Source of the DNA: Fonticula alba ATCC 38817
Taxonomy: Eukaryota; Protista; Nucleariida
Assembly (NCBI GenBank): GCA_000388065.2
Contig: KB932204.1
Length of the DNA stretch: 64,000 nt
Direction: 5' to 3' (one strand)
Below the pieces are notes generated by a model. That model was not told the DNA's origin, did no database searches, and saw only the letters and a program-made list of their open reading frames with translations. Both the position numbers and the translations under genes were made by a program. Below, one piece after another: positions 52,406 through 64,000 of this stretch (the first letter of the stretch is position 1; each line of letters starts with the position of its first letter).

Positions 52406-53854
52406 ATGCCCCGCGATAAGGATGCCCCCGTCGCGTACCCGTGATGGCGCTCTTGTGGCCGCTGGAGCAATGCCCGACAATGATGTGGGGCAGCATCGCC
52501 CGAATGTCCTTTGTGTACTTATCGGCCGGGACCTTTCCGAGGAAGTCCACAAACTCCCGGGCAATGTACCCAGGACCGGCGATCACCAGGCGCTGGCTCT
52601 TGCTCACGACCATGTACCGGTCGATGGCATTCGAAACCGCCGTGAAAAACCTGCGCATCGGGTGTCAGCTTGGTGCACAGCAACCCAGACCGGCGTCTGG
52701 GGGAGAGGCAGAGAGAGAGAGAGAGAGGCAGAGAGAGAGAGGCAGAGAGAGAGGCAGAGAGAGAGGCAGAGAGAGAGAGAGGCAGAGAGAGAGGCAGAGA
52801 GAGAGGCAGAGAGAGAGAGAGGCAGAGAGAGAGGGAGAGAGAGAGAGAGGGAGAGAGAGAGAGAGGCAGAGAGAGAGAGGCAGAGGGAGAAGGGGGGGAG
52901 GAGGAGAAGGAGGAGTGCGCACTTTTGGGTGGCCTTTTCGACCTCCTCCGGGCGCCGGGCATTCTTCGGGATGGTTTGCTCGATGCGCGCATAGACCACC
53001 GTGATGTTGTTGGACACCGAGCAAACATGGGCCAGGCCAGAGTGCATGGCGATCACATTGACCGTCGAAGGGTGCACGGTCTTCTGGTTTCTGGACAGAT
53101 CGGGCGGCAAAGCCGGAGGAGGGGGAACGGAGAAGAGCCAGGTTAGACACCAGCCCGGCGGAGGGCGGACATGGGTGGCAAGGGAGCAAGGTCGTACTCC
53201 TTCAGGTGCTCCACATCCTCATGCTTCCAAATGTCCCGGCTCAGGGAGAAACTCGTGTTGGTGTCGATCTTATGCGTGAAGTGCGAAATGCTGTCCTGGG
53301 ACTGATGGCAGTCCGGGAGGAGGTGAGCACACACGGCCGGCGAAAGAGGCCCGACTCCGGGGCGTGCTTGGGGAGCCTTGCGCAAGACGCACATCACTGA
53401 AGTCCAGCGTATTCCCGCGGATACGTAGCATCTGAGCCAGCGGGTCAAAGTCGATGTGGGTCACCTGAATCGAGATGTGGATCGTATGGTGGACCACCAC
53501 CGTGCGGCCACTGGTCCGAGTGGAGGAGACATTGCTGCACAGGGGGGGGGAGAGAGACCCACGCACACACCGGCGCACACGCGCACGCCCACCCAATCAA
53601 GGGGGGGAGGGAGGGGCGAGGGGGGGGGGGGGGGGATTAGCAACACCCACAAACTGACACAGCCGGTCGGGAGGCGCAGGGGGAAGCCAAGGGAACGCCT
53701 CGACGCGGGAGGGCCTCACGCACTAGGAGCCCTGGGACCGGATAACATCATTCGGCTGGATGAAGTTGTAGAGAAACCACAGGTCCTCGATGCCGGATGT
53801 CTGGATGGAGATCGGGCCCGTGGACAGGGCATTGAGGTTGGCCTTGATAAGCAT
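51380..53854 (-). CDS. PELO: Pelota/Dom34 ribosome-rescue factor (eRF1 family), 479 aa; exons 53854-53724, 53534-53393, 53301-53198, 53090-52923, 52650-52439, 52290-52171, 51942-51380
   Basis: All seven phases close (1,440 nt). Motifs: EDLWFLYNFIQPND, IDFDPLAQMLRIRG, MHSGLAHVC, IAGPGY, HCSSGHKS, HPAGERLDALTGCAAILHFPL. Confidence 0.93.
52339..52885. repeat. (CA)31 at 52339-52400 and a compound GGCA(GA)n array at about 52704-52885, both inside pelota introns
   Basis: Seen directly; both fall within predicted introns. Confidence 0.9.
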
Positions 53855-54743
53855 GGCAGACCGGCTGCAGGCGACAAAGGTCGTGGGGGAGGGTGTCCAA
53901 GAAGAAGAGGGCCGACAGGGAGAGACAGAAAAAAGAGGCGAAGGAGGGAAAGAGGGCCGGAGAAAGGGGGGAGAGAGAGAGAGAGAGAGGGCCAAGAAGA
54001 AGCCAGCAAACTAAGGAGTAGGAGAAAGAGGAGGGCGCCGGGGGCCGAAGCCTGCTTCCTCTTGGGGCACGGCTCACCGGGCCACGGCATTTTGCTGGAC
54101 CACCCCGGCCGATCGGGGTTTTTGGTATTGCGTCATATGATCTCCCCTCTGGCCCCCTGACCATTCCCGGCCCCCCAACGCCGCACGCGTCTGATGCACA
54201 TGCCCAGACAGGGCCGGCCCTCGTGGGACCCTCGTCCCGCCCGCCCGCCCGCCCCCCGCACACACACACCCGGAAACAGACGGCCAGACGCAAGGAACCA
54301 AGATCGCAGGAAGCCCGACACAGGGCCAGGGGAACCGGCAACAAACAAAGAGAAAGAGGCTCACGAGCGTATTCTGTCATGTACGCCATATGCGTGCCCA
54401 CGACGTCGCGTGTGAAGGAGGGGGAGAGAGAGAGAGGGAGGGAGGGAGGGAGGGTCGCTCATACACAATTGCGCGCCATTTGGCGATGGCAGCGCCCTTC
54501 CCTGTGTTTACTGCAAGAGAAGAGGCGTGACGCTCTCGGGAGGTGTAAGAAAAAGAAGAGGTGTACAAGTCGGTGGAGAGTGGAAGGGCCCACCACCCGC
54601 GGGGGAGCACGAAGCGCAGCTGTACTGGCTGCGGTCCGCGCGCGCACGCCCCCCCTCCCTCCAAGAAGGATCCCGGTACCGGGATCTCCTCTCCGTCAGG
54701 CATGTGTGCACAGCAGCACAGGGGGGGAGGGAGCAGGCAGGCC

Positions 54744-57700
54744 TTATTTCTTGGCGACCTTCCGGGGGCGCTTCATGTACTTCTGGCGCTTCTTCTTGCT
54801 GGCCGAAAGCGGAGCGGCCACAATGACATCCTCATCCGGCCCGTCCGAGGGGCCACCCTGCTCGGGAGGATCCAGGGCCACACTGGCGACGCCGGCCGTC
54901 GCCGCAAGGACCATGGCCCGCCTGATGACGGACGACACCAGGGCCATGGCGACGGCCGCCGCCGCCGCCGCCGCATCCGTCGACTGGCCAATGGCCACAT
55001 CCGCGAAGTCCAGCACCGGCGCCCCGGCCAGCCAGGCATCCCCCCTGGCCGCCGGTGTACGGGCCGCCGCCGCCGCCGGGAGCCGCGCAGGCCGGCTCTC
55101 CTTCGGGCCCTTCGAAGTGTCCTTCAAACTGTCCTTCGAGCTGCCCTTGGAGCCGGCCCCTCCCGCCTTCGAGGGGACCCCCCGACAGGGGACATCCTTC
55201 GGCGCCGGCATGCCCTTGCCCGGGCTTGCTTCCCCCCTGGCGAGGGCCTTCCCCTTGCCGGCGGACGGCTTGGCATCCTTGATCGAGGGGCCAATGGCTG
55301 CCTTGTCGATGGCAACCACCGGCTCCGCCGGGGGGGGCGCATTCGCCCCGGCCACCGGCGGCACAAATGGTGTCACCGGCATGCCGGCCGAGAAGCACCT
55401 GACCGAGAAGGTGGTGAAGAGGAAGTCCGCCGGGCCAATCAGGGTCCCCGGCAGCGGGGCCGGATACAAGCTCGTATACTCGAGCGACACCTCGAGCTTG
55501 CGTTGCGTCAAGCGCCGATCGGTGCCGGCCAGCCGGTCCAGGAATTCGGCCGCCTGGTCGGTGTCCCGGTTCGAGGCAAAGGCCTCCGGGGGGAAGATAA
55601 CCGACACGGTGGCCTCCTCGGCCTGGCCGCCGGCGGCCGTCGCCGCCGCCGCCGCCGCCGCCGCCGCCTCCTCCGACGGTGTGGCTTCCGGCAGGCCGGT
55701 CATCAGCCGGAAATAGGCAGCCGCCTCCGACCGCCGGGCCTCACTCGACCACAGAGGATGGCTCCACTCCGGCTGCAGACGCCGATTCACCAGCAGCCCG
55801 GCCTTCTCGAGAATGCCCCAATACAACTGCCCGTCCCAGTAGTTGCTCTGGCAATTGGGGCAGTGGAAGAAGGCCCGCGGCGGGTGCGACGAGCAGACAA
55901 TGTGCGCCTGCGGCGGCTTCGGCAAGGTGCCCGCCTTCGCCAGCGGACACTCACGAAGGCTGTTGTTGTTGCACCGAGGGCAGAGGGTGAACACCTCGAA
56001 GGGCCGCACCCGCCGGTGCAGGGCCGCCACCGCCTCCGGCGCCAGGGGATCGTAATTCAACGGCCCGGGCTTCTTCGAGGGGTTCGGATGTCGATACTGC
56101 AGGGCCGACCCCTCCGGCGCCACGGCATACGAGCAATGGTCCAGCACCAAGGCCAGGCGCTGCGAGTGCGGGCCCGTATAGAGCAGGTGGAATTGCCATG
56201 CCTCCGGCGCCCGGCCCAGGAGCTTGGTGTATGCCGCGATGAAGGGCACCAGCCGTGGCCCGGTAGACAGGAGCACCCGCCCGGAGCAGTAAATGTACAT
56301 CGCAATTTCATCCGCCGTCAGGGAAAGGTCTTCGCCCGGAACATGCGACACGAGAGGCGTTAGCCGAGAACACCGAGCAGCCGCGAGGAACCCAAATGAG
56401 AGCCGACACGCGAGGGCGCACTCGGGGAGGAGGAAGTGGCAAAAGGGGAAGGAGGAAGAGGGAAAAAGAGAAAAAAAAACCAGGCAAGAACGCATGCCCC
56501 ATCGGGGAACACCCGACACCGGGCCACGCACCCAGCGACACGGTGTCGATGCCACACTCCCGCATGAAGGCCGCAAACACCCGGTTCGAGTGGTCCACCG
56601 CGAAGCGGAAGAGGTACGGCGATGTCGGGCACCGAGGCGCCCCGGGCAGCGGAAGCCCCACGGCCGGCACCCCACGCGCGACGACCTCCGGCGTGATGGG
56701 CGACAGCTCGGTCTGACGACGGCGATAATCCTCCACCGTTTGAAGGATCGGCCCGACGTGCCCGGTGGGAATCGGCTCCTCGGGCACTTGGGCATGCTGC
56801 TGCGTCAGCTGGGCCGCCTTCAGGGCGGCCTGCTTGCGGCTCTCGCGCTTGGTGACGCCATGCGGCGCATGGCCAGACTCGGTCCCGGGGTCGGCCCCCG
56901 GCGTGCATTTGGAGGCTGGTGCCGAACTCGCTGTCCGGCCCGCCCCCGGCCTCGGCTCTGGCTGCGGCTGCGGCTGCGGCTGCGGCTGCGGCTGCGGCTG
57001 CGGCTGCGACTCGGGCTCGGGCTCGGGCTCCAGCTCCAGCTCCGGATCCAGCTCCGGATCCGGCTCCGGATCCAGGGGCAGATCCGGCTCGGATCCGGAC
57101 TCCTGGTCCGAGGTGAGCTCCAGCTCGCTCGGCTCATCGAGGGCGCCATCCTCAGCCGCGGCCGGCTCGGCAGCGGCCTTGGCCACGGACCGGGCCACGG
57201 CCTCCGGGTTCGGCGCCACCGCGGCCCGGCTGGCGCCACGGGTGCCCGGCCGCGGCCCAACCACCGGCCCGGCTGCCAATGCCAATGCCAATGCCGAGGC
57301 CGAGGCCGACGCCGCGGCCTCCTTGTCTTGGGGCAGGAAGTTGACCGTCCGGCGCTTTTGCCGCATGATCCGGAAGAAGAGGTCCAGCAGGACGGTCGAA
57401 TCGGCCAGGGCATACTGCAACTGGCGCAGGGGCAGCGGCCGCTGGGTCCAGTTGCTCAATGTCACGGACTTGTCCAGGCCCACGCCAAGCAGCTGCAGGG
57501 CCAGGTCGGTCAGGCGCCGACGGTCGCTCGGACCGGTGACGGCAAACCGCAAGGTCGACAGCAAATTCGACAACGGCCGAACCAATGACACGCCCTGCAA
57601 ATCCCGGCTGCCAGTCATCTCCGTGATCTGGGCTATGTCCGCCCCAAACCCATGCCCAAGCCGGTGGAGGTGCGAGGCCGGCTGCCCGAGCAGACGCCGC

Positions 57701-58558
57701 AGCAGGGCCACCGCCCGCGGCGAATGGGCCTCGATGTCGGAGAAGTCGATGATCCGGAAGTCGGTGGTTCCCGTTTGCCGGGTGAAAGTCCGAGTCCCGC
57801 CGGACCCCGGGGGGCCGGCCGCCATGTGGCACCAGACCACCTGCATGACGGACACCTTGGTCTTGTGGAAGCGCCCGAAATTCGGCAACCACTCGCAATC
57901 AAACGCGGCCAGGGTCGAGAGCCGCCCATCGGGCGAAGGCGCCCGGAGCAGCTGCTCCACCAGCTGCTCCAGCTGATCCAAATCCCGCACCCAGAAGGAT
58001 TGCTGCTGCTGCTGCGACGGATTGGCCGCCAGGCGTTGGAGGAACTTCCTGGGCGGCAGGTAGATCGCCTGGCGCTGGAAGCCCAGCTGTCCCAGGGGCG
58101 ACTCGGGCCCAAGCATGTCGCCGGCGCCGGCCACCAGGGCCCGGCGCCGGTCGTGCGAAAGCGACAGCAACTCCCCGACCGTCATCTGGCCAAAGGGCAC
58201 GTCGGCCGGTAAACAACGCAAGTCCGAGATCGGGGCACCATGCTCTCGTAACTGGGCAATCGGCAACCGATAGTACAGGTAGTCCGTCACCAAACCCAAG
58301 TACGGGAGGGCACGCTCACACAGGAGAGCCAGTGACCGGAGCTCGGCGCTGCTCGGCTCCACCGACAAGCCCACCGCAAGGCCATACTGGTGGACGACCG
58401 ATTCGATCGGGCCGCGGGCCGCAGGCGGCTCGGCCGCCAGGGCATTGGCGATGGTAAAGGCAATGCCATTCAGGGTATCAACGATGAACCAAAAGGCATC
58501 GAGGACTGTCGTGACATCCCCACCCCCATGGCGCAAGGAGAAGCGTGAGTGTGCGAAG

Positions 58559-58594
<36 letters not shown>

Positions 58595-61287
58595 CCCAGC
58601 CGGGAGGAGCGGCGATGCATGGATCCGGCGCCCGTGCCCGGCCGACCGCCATAACCGGGCCAAAGGAGGTAGTCCAGAAAGGAAAAAAAGGAAAAGAGGG
58701 CCACCCCCGGGAAAGGCCAAGGGAGCCCGCAAACGACAAAGAGGTACCTTTCTCGCAGGAAGGGAAGTCCCCGAGGGCATCCGTCAGGACATACGCCGCT
58801 TGGCTGGGCGACGGCCGCGATCCCAGGTGCTGCCACTGATCGGTGGCGTCTTGGCCCAAGACAAAGTCCATGCATGCCCCGGGGCGCAGGGCAAAGAGCT
58901 CGGAGCAGCGGTCCACCCAGGTCCAATTCAATCGGCGAATGTCCCGCTGGAGGGTGTTGGAGCAAAGTTGCACCAGGCCGATCAATCGCGACTGGCCGAA
59001 AACTGCCCAAGACCCAGGAAGGAGGGGCGGTTAGTGGGGGGGGGGGGGCCGGCAGCGTGCATGGGCAAAGAGGACCGGTGCGGCGTCACCATGCCGGAGC
59101 GCGACAGGGGGGGCAAAAAGAGGAGAGCAGCGCCAGCACGCACACAAGGATGACGGCTGGTCAATGTGGCCCGTGGCCGGGGCCCCGGAGCGCTGCTGTG
59201 CCAGCCAGCTGGGCAGGAACACCCGGCCACGGGCTTCCAGGCACTGGAGGACCGTTCGCAGCATGCCAATCCGCTGGAAGGCCAGCAGCGCCAGCCGGTG
59301 GTGGTTGAACTGCTGCTGCAGCAGGTCCCCCGGGAAGTGGGCAAAGTGCCGCGCGGCCAGGGTGATATCGCGCGATGCGGCCACCTGGGCCTCAATCGCC
59401 TCGGCCACCAGGTGCTGCTGCTCGAGGTCCGACAGGCACCGGTCCAGCAGGGCCAGCAGCGGCAGGCCGGCCAGCAGCGGCCACACGCGCGCGGCGGTGG
59501 CAAACTCCAGCACCCGCACCGGATCCGCGGCCTGCCCGATGGCCAGCAAAAGCCCGGCTCGAAGGAACCCCATGAAAGCCAGGTGGGTGCGAAGGTTTTC
59601 CTCCAATTGCGGATTCGACGAGCACCGCAGCGAGTCACGCACATCGCCGCTCGAATAGAGCCGGTCCATGGCGCACTGGGCTGCCAGCAGGCTGCGCAGC
59701 AAGCCGGCCGGCACTCGTCCAGCCGAGGCCAGCAATGGCCGGCAGCTTCGAGCACAGGCCCTCTCGGCCGCCGGGTCCAGGCCGGCCCGCGACGCCAGGT
59801 ACCCAGCCAGCCGGGCCTCCAGCGGGACCTTCGAGCTTGGCCCGGCTCCCATGCACAGGGACCCGCACTTGGGGGACATCGGCATGCGTGCCACACTTGC
59901 CAGGGGGAAGGCCGGCTCCGTGGAGGAGCCGCCGGCTTCGGCCGTCGGAGCGCGCCAATCCTCCCCCAGGACCGGGCACTCGACCAGTTGCTCGGTCAGC
60001 ACCAGGTGCGCGGATTGCTTGCCGATCATCGCCAGCGCCGTCGGCCGGATGAAGGTACAAACCGCGAAGAAGGCCCCCATGCTGAGGCCATGGATGCGCA
60101 CTGGCGGGGGGGAGGGGGGAGCGGGGGAGGGACCATGAACAGGACAGGGCCGAGCGAAGGTCAGTATGCAAGCTCGCGTCTCGGCGCCACCCGGTGGGGG
60201 TGACCTCCGAGCCAGGAGGCGCAAGGAAGGGGGATCCACATACCGGCGTCCACCAGGAGCCTCTGCATGCCCAGGAAGAAGGCCTTCTTGGGCAGGTCAA
60301 TCAGGCAGGCAACACGCTGCGCCAACAGGCCGAAGGGGCTCGCGATGGCCGGCTGGCCCCAAGTACCCATCAACATGGAGCCGGGCCGAGTTTGGTGGCG
60401 ATCCGCCGCCAACAGCAGCGCCACGGCCATCGGCAGGGTGAGCATCTGGAGGCGGAAACACCCTGTGTCGTGCGATCGCGAATGGCGGATGTCAGCGCAT
60501 TGGCAGGGGCAGGTTTGGCGGGAAGAAAAAGAAGGGCAGCGGCGGCGGCGGCAGGGGGGGGGGGGGGGGAGGCGGAAACCCCATTCGCACCGGCATCATC
60601 GATCAATGTCGAGGAAAGATGCCCGGAGGAGGATGACGCGGAAGACCCCGGCCCTGGGGACGCGCGGCCCGGCGAAACAGGCGACTGGTCCCGGCGCGAG
60701 TGTGGCGTGCGATCCTGCGAAGCGAGAACCCGCAGTGAGGGCTCAAAGTGCTCGAATAGCTCGTCAAGCAGTTCATTCAGTTCATCAGCCGTGAGGTTCC
60801 TATATCGTTCGGGGATGGGGGGAGCCTGTTGCCACAGGGCGGGCTCCTCCGGCTGCTTCGGCTGCTTCGGCTGCTTGGGCTGCCTCGGCTGTGCGGGATG
60901 CTCGGGCTCCTCCGGCCGGGGCGGATGCTCGCATTCATCCTCATGCCCGGCGCTCGGGCCGTCGGGCTCGGGTGACGTCGCCCGGGGAGGGAGCTCGGAT
61001 GCGGCCTGGTCCGTGGCGGCCAGGCTGACGCTCGATGGGGATGGACTTGTCTGCGCACTGGTCGGCTCCCCGGCGCCAGGGGGGAAGAAAAGCCGCGCGA
61101 TGAAATCCAACACCATGTGCGAGGGAAGTGGGGCGTGCTCGGCGCCGATGGCCGGCGAGTCGGGCCAATCGAACGCCGCCGCCGACAGGGCCGACGGCGA
61201 GACAGCCTGCGAGGGCGCCGGCGGGGCATGGGGCGGAGGCGGGCCAAGGCCATCTGCCCCGGCAGCGGCAGCGGCCATCGGCGACAT
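54744..61287 (-). CDS. EXD3: EXD3/Mut-7/Nibbler-like 3'-5' exonuclease with Mut7-C (PIN-like plus Zn ribbon) domain, 1,895 aa; exons 61287-60591, 60462-60244, 60100-59144, 59002-58748, 58505-56532, 56329-54744
   Basis: All phases close (5,688 nt). DEDDy motifs AFDCEW, GHGFGADI, LDKSVTLSNWTQRPL and QYALADS. Mut7-C motifs RFAVD...RECGIDT, GRVLLST, FTLCPRCN and FHCPNCQSNYWDG. Confidence 0.9.
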
Positions 61288-62310
61288 GGCGAACGGGAGG
61301 GGAAGGCGCAAGGGAGGCGAGGGGGCAATCGGGCGGCGCGAGGGCGGGCAAGGAAGGAGGACGGGCTCCCGGGCGCCTGCGTCGAGAGCAGGAAAGCAAA
61401 AAGGGCGGCAGGGGGCGATCAGGCAAAAAGAAGGGGGGTCAGGGAGGGGATCAGATCGACTGATCTCGCGGATGGCCGCAACATCCACCGGAGACCGGGG
61501 CCCAGGCTGGGGCCACTTGACTGAGTGGCACCGCCCAGGTCCGGGGCCCCTGTTGGGCGGGGGGCACCAGCCCGGCCCCGGCCCCGGCCCAGGGGGAGAG
61601 AGGCAAGGCGGTCCATCGAAAACCTGCCGCCCACCACCACCACCTCCGACCACCCCCGGGGCCTGGGAACGCAGCCGGCCCCGGCGAGAGGGCGCCCCGC
61701 GAGGGGGGGGGGGGGGGAAAGGCGGCGAGACCGCGCCGACCCTTCCCAGGAAAATAGGACGGGGGCGCGGAATATTTGCAGGGCGACGGACCGGCGTGAA
61801 CGCCGGCTCCGTGGGTGTCGACGCCTGCCGATATCATGCGTGCGACTTCTGCCTCGGCGCGGCCTCCGGGGGCATGACGCCCCCACCCATGGTGCTGGGC
61901 CCCATCCCGGTGGGGCGCCCCCCGCCCCCCCCCCCGCTCCCAGGCCACCCCTTCGCCATGCCCGGGCCGCCCTGCGCCACTGCGGGGACACCACGGACGG
62001 CTGGCCCGGGCAGGTTTTTCTGTTCGCCGGAAAGAATCGTCAACAGCCTGCGGCCTTTGCCCGAGCCCAGGCGAGGCAGGGCGGCGGGGGCGAGATGGGA
62101 TTGAATGGAAAAGAATCGCCGGGAACAATCACGGGCGGTCAGGCGGCAGTGGAACTCCAAATTACGCAATCCCTCAGCGTGGCTGTTGGAAAGTTCCCCC
62201 GCGGATCACGTCCAGCTGCCCCCGAACACGCCGAGGGGGCGGGCTGACACAAATTCGACGAAAAACGGCATGTTAATGTGATCTCCGCCGCCGGGGAGCC
62301 TCATCAATCC

Positions 62311-62381
62311 GCGTCGATGGTTTAGTGGTAGAATTGCCGCCTGCCACGCGGTAGACCCGGGTTCGATTCCCGGTCGACGCA
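62311..62381 (+). tRNA. tRNA-Gly(GCC), identical to 38039-38109
   Basis: Same 71-nt sequence; T5 terminator at 62394-62398. Confidence 0.97.
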
Positions 62382-62941
62382 ATTGATCCCTCCTTTTTGC
62401 CCCACCGACCATACCCCCTCTCCCCGGCGAAAGGCCAATCGGGCCACTTGCGCCCGTGTGTCTCGAGAGCCTCTGATCATCTTGCGGAGAGCGCGGGGCC
62501 GAGGTAAGAGAGGCCGAGGGGCGGGGGAGGAAAAAAAAGGAAGCGAGGCGGCATCGACGGGGTGACAGGGGCGAACCGGGGCCCGCGCTGTTGCTGTTGT
62601 TGTTGTTTTTTCTTCCCCTTTTCGAAAAACAGTGAACATGTATATATTGGGGACAAAGGCCCTGGGGGGGGGTTTGATCAGTCTCTCCGCCGCCCGTCTC
62701 GCCCTGGGAGACGGTGGGCTCTCCACAGACGCACGGGCTTTCCTCTTGCGATGCTTCCCCTCGCACTACAGCGGGCTGTTCTAGAGAAGATGGTATTCAC
62801 CCAGAGCAGGGAGGAGGAGGAGGGCCATGCCGGCCCGCCCAGGGCACCGAAGAAGCAGACGGGAAGGGAGGGCACAGGCCGCGGGCAACCGCGAGCGGCG
62901 ACCGGGGGATGGGGAAGGACAAACGACCCGCAGCGGCGGGC

Positions 62942-63583
62942 TCAGTGCTTGGCAATGTAGCGGTTGACGTCGTTCTCGAAGCGCTTGGCCACCTGCTCGA
63001 AGGCCGGGATCTGGGTGAGGAAGCAGTCATCGGTGTCGCGGCCACCAACATGCTCGACGCAACGGGAAACCTCGTTCTGGTGCCGGAACCGAGAGGGCGA
63101 ACAGAGGACGGAGACATCAGTATAAGGAGGGGTGGGGGGGGGTGAGCCGGTGCCCGGAGACCGGGCAGGGCAGAGGGCAAACACAGGGACCGCGAGGAGG
63201 AGCGAGGGGAGGGACATGCGGGGCGTACAATCACGCGCTCCTGGCCGTGGGCGAGGACCTCCTCGAGCTTGCCAAAGTCATCGTTGACAGCGCTGATGCA
63301 GTTGAGGGCATCCTCCTGGCTGCGGTAGCGCTGGGTGTCATTCAGGCAGTCGAGCTCGAGCTGGGCCGAAACAATCNNNNNNNNNNNNNNNNNNNNNNNN
63401 NNNNNNNNNNNNNNNNNNNNNNNNNNNNNNNNNNNNNNNNNNNNNNNNNNNNNNNNNNNNNNNNNNNNNNNNNNNNGGGGGGGACCGGAAAAAACGCACG
63501 CTAGCACGGCGGAGGAGGTCCTGGAAGTGCTCCTGCTTCTGGGTGAAGTACTCGGTGAACTTGGCGGGCGGGTTGACGGACAT
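62942..63583 (-). CDS. Small Cys-containing helical protein, FAM136A/DUF842-like; spans N gap 63377-63476
   Basis: ATG 63583 (MSVNPPAKFTEYF). After the gap: LDCLNDTQRYRSQEDALNCISAV...QERVI|NEVSRCVEH...DCFLTQIP, joined by a GTACGC...CACCAG intron. Cys spacing resembles FAM136A (by-eye comparison). Confidence 0.6.
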
Positions 63584-64000
63584 CGTGACAGGAGAGGAGG
63601 GGAGGGGGAGGAGGGGCGGCAAAGGGGGCGAAGACGGCTGGAGAGGCGGTATGACAAACCCACGGAGTCACCCGTGGGGCCATCCACGCCACCGACACTT
63701 GAGAGCCAGGGCGCCCAGGTGCCAGGCCCAACAAGCCTGGCCTGCCTGGCGCAGGCCGGGGTGCGGCGTGTCCCCCCCCCCCCCCGGCCATCGGCCGGGT
63801 AGACGGCGCGTGGCGCGGCGTGGTCCGGGGGGGGCGGGGCGGGTGGGGGGGGGGGGGGGGTCGCCTGCCGGGCTGGGAAAACCCGGCCCGGCGAACACCA
63901 GCGTGGGCAGTCCCGGCGCCACGACGGCGCACGTTTATCTCGGGCGGTCCCGACCCCCGAGCCCTACCGCCCACCCCGGCCCCCCCTGCCCCCCGCCCGG

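Overview
Eukaryotic, GC-rich (roughly 65-75% by eye) scaffold window with spliceosomal introns (GTGCGT/GTACGC/GTATGT donors, CTAAC/CTGAC branch points, YAG acceptors) and eight N gaps. The style suggests a GC-rich protist such as Fonticula alba, but this is an unverified inference. The right third holds host genes whose exon phases I could mostly close by hand: a large multi-exon orphan gene (40.1-47.6 kb), pelota/Dom34, a 1,895-aa EXD3/Mut-7 exonuclease, a FAM136A-like gene, and four tRNA genes (Gly-GCC x2, Glu-CTC, Ser-AGA). The middle (about 4-38 kb) is gene-poor and repeat-rich and holds two low-GC (about 40%) segments. The first carries a five-exon gene of about 1,488 aa. Only after splicing do its exons rebuild a complete Asteroid/XPG-family PIN nuclease active site, followed by about 1,150 unassigned residues. 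The second carries a spliced orphan gene of about 307 aa between copies of a 1.45-kb direct repeat rich in hairpins. Both low-GC genes have a TATAAAAG box and host-type splice signals. No transposase, integrase or reverse transcriptase is visible, so a mobile or horizontal origin is a hypothesis only.
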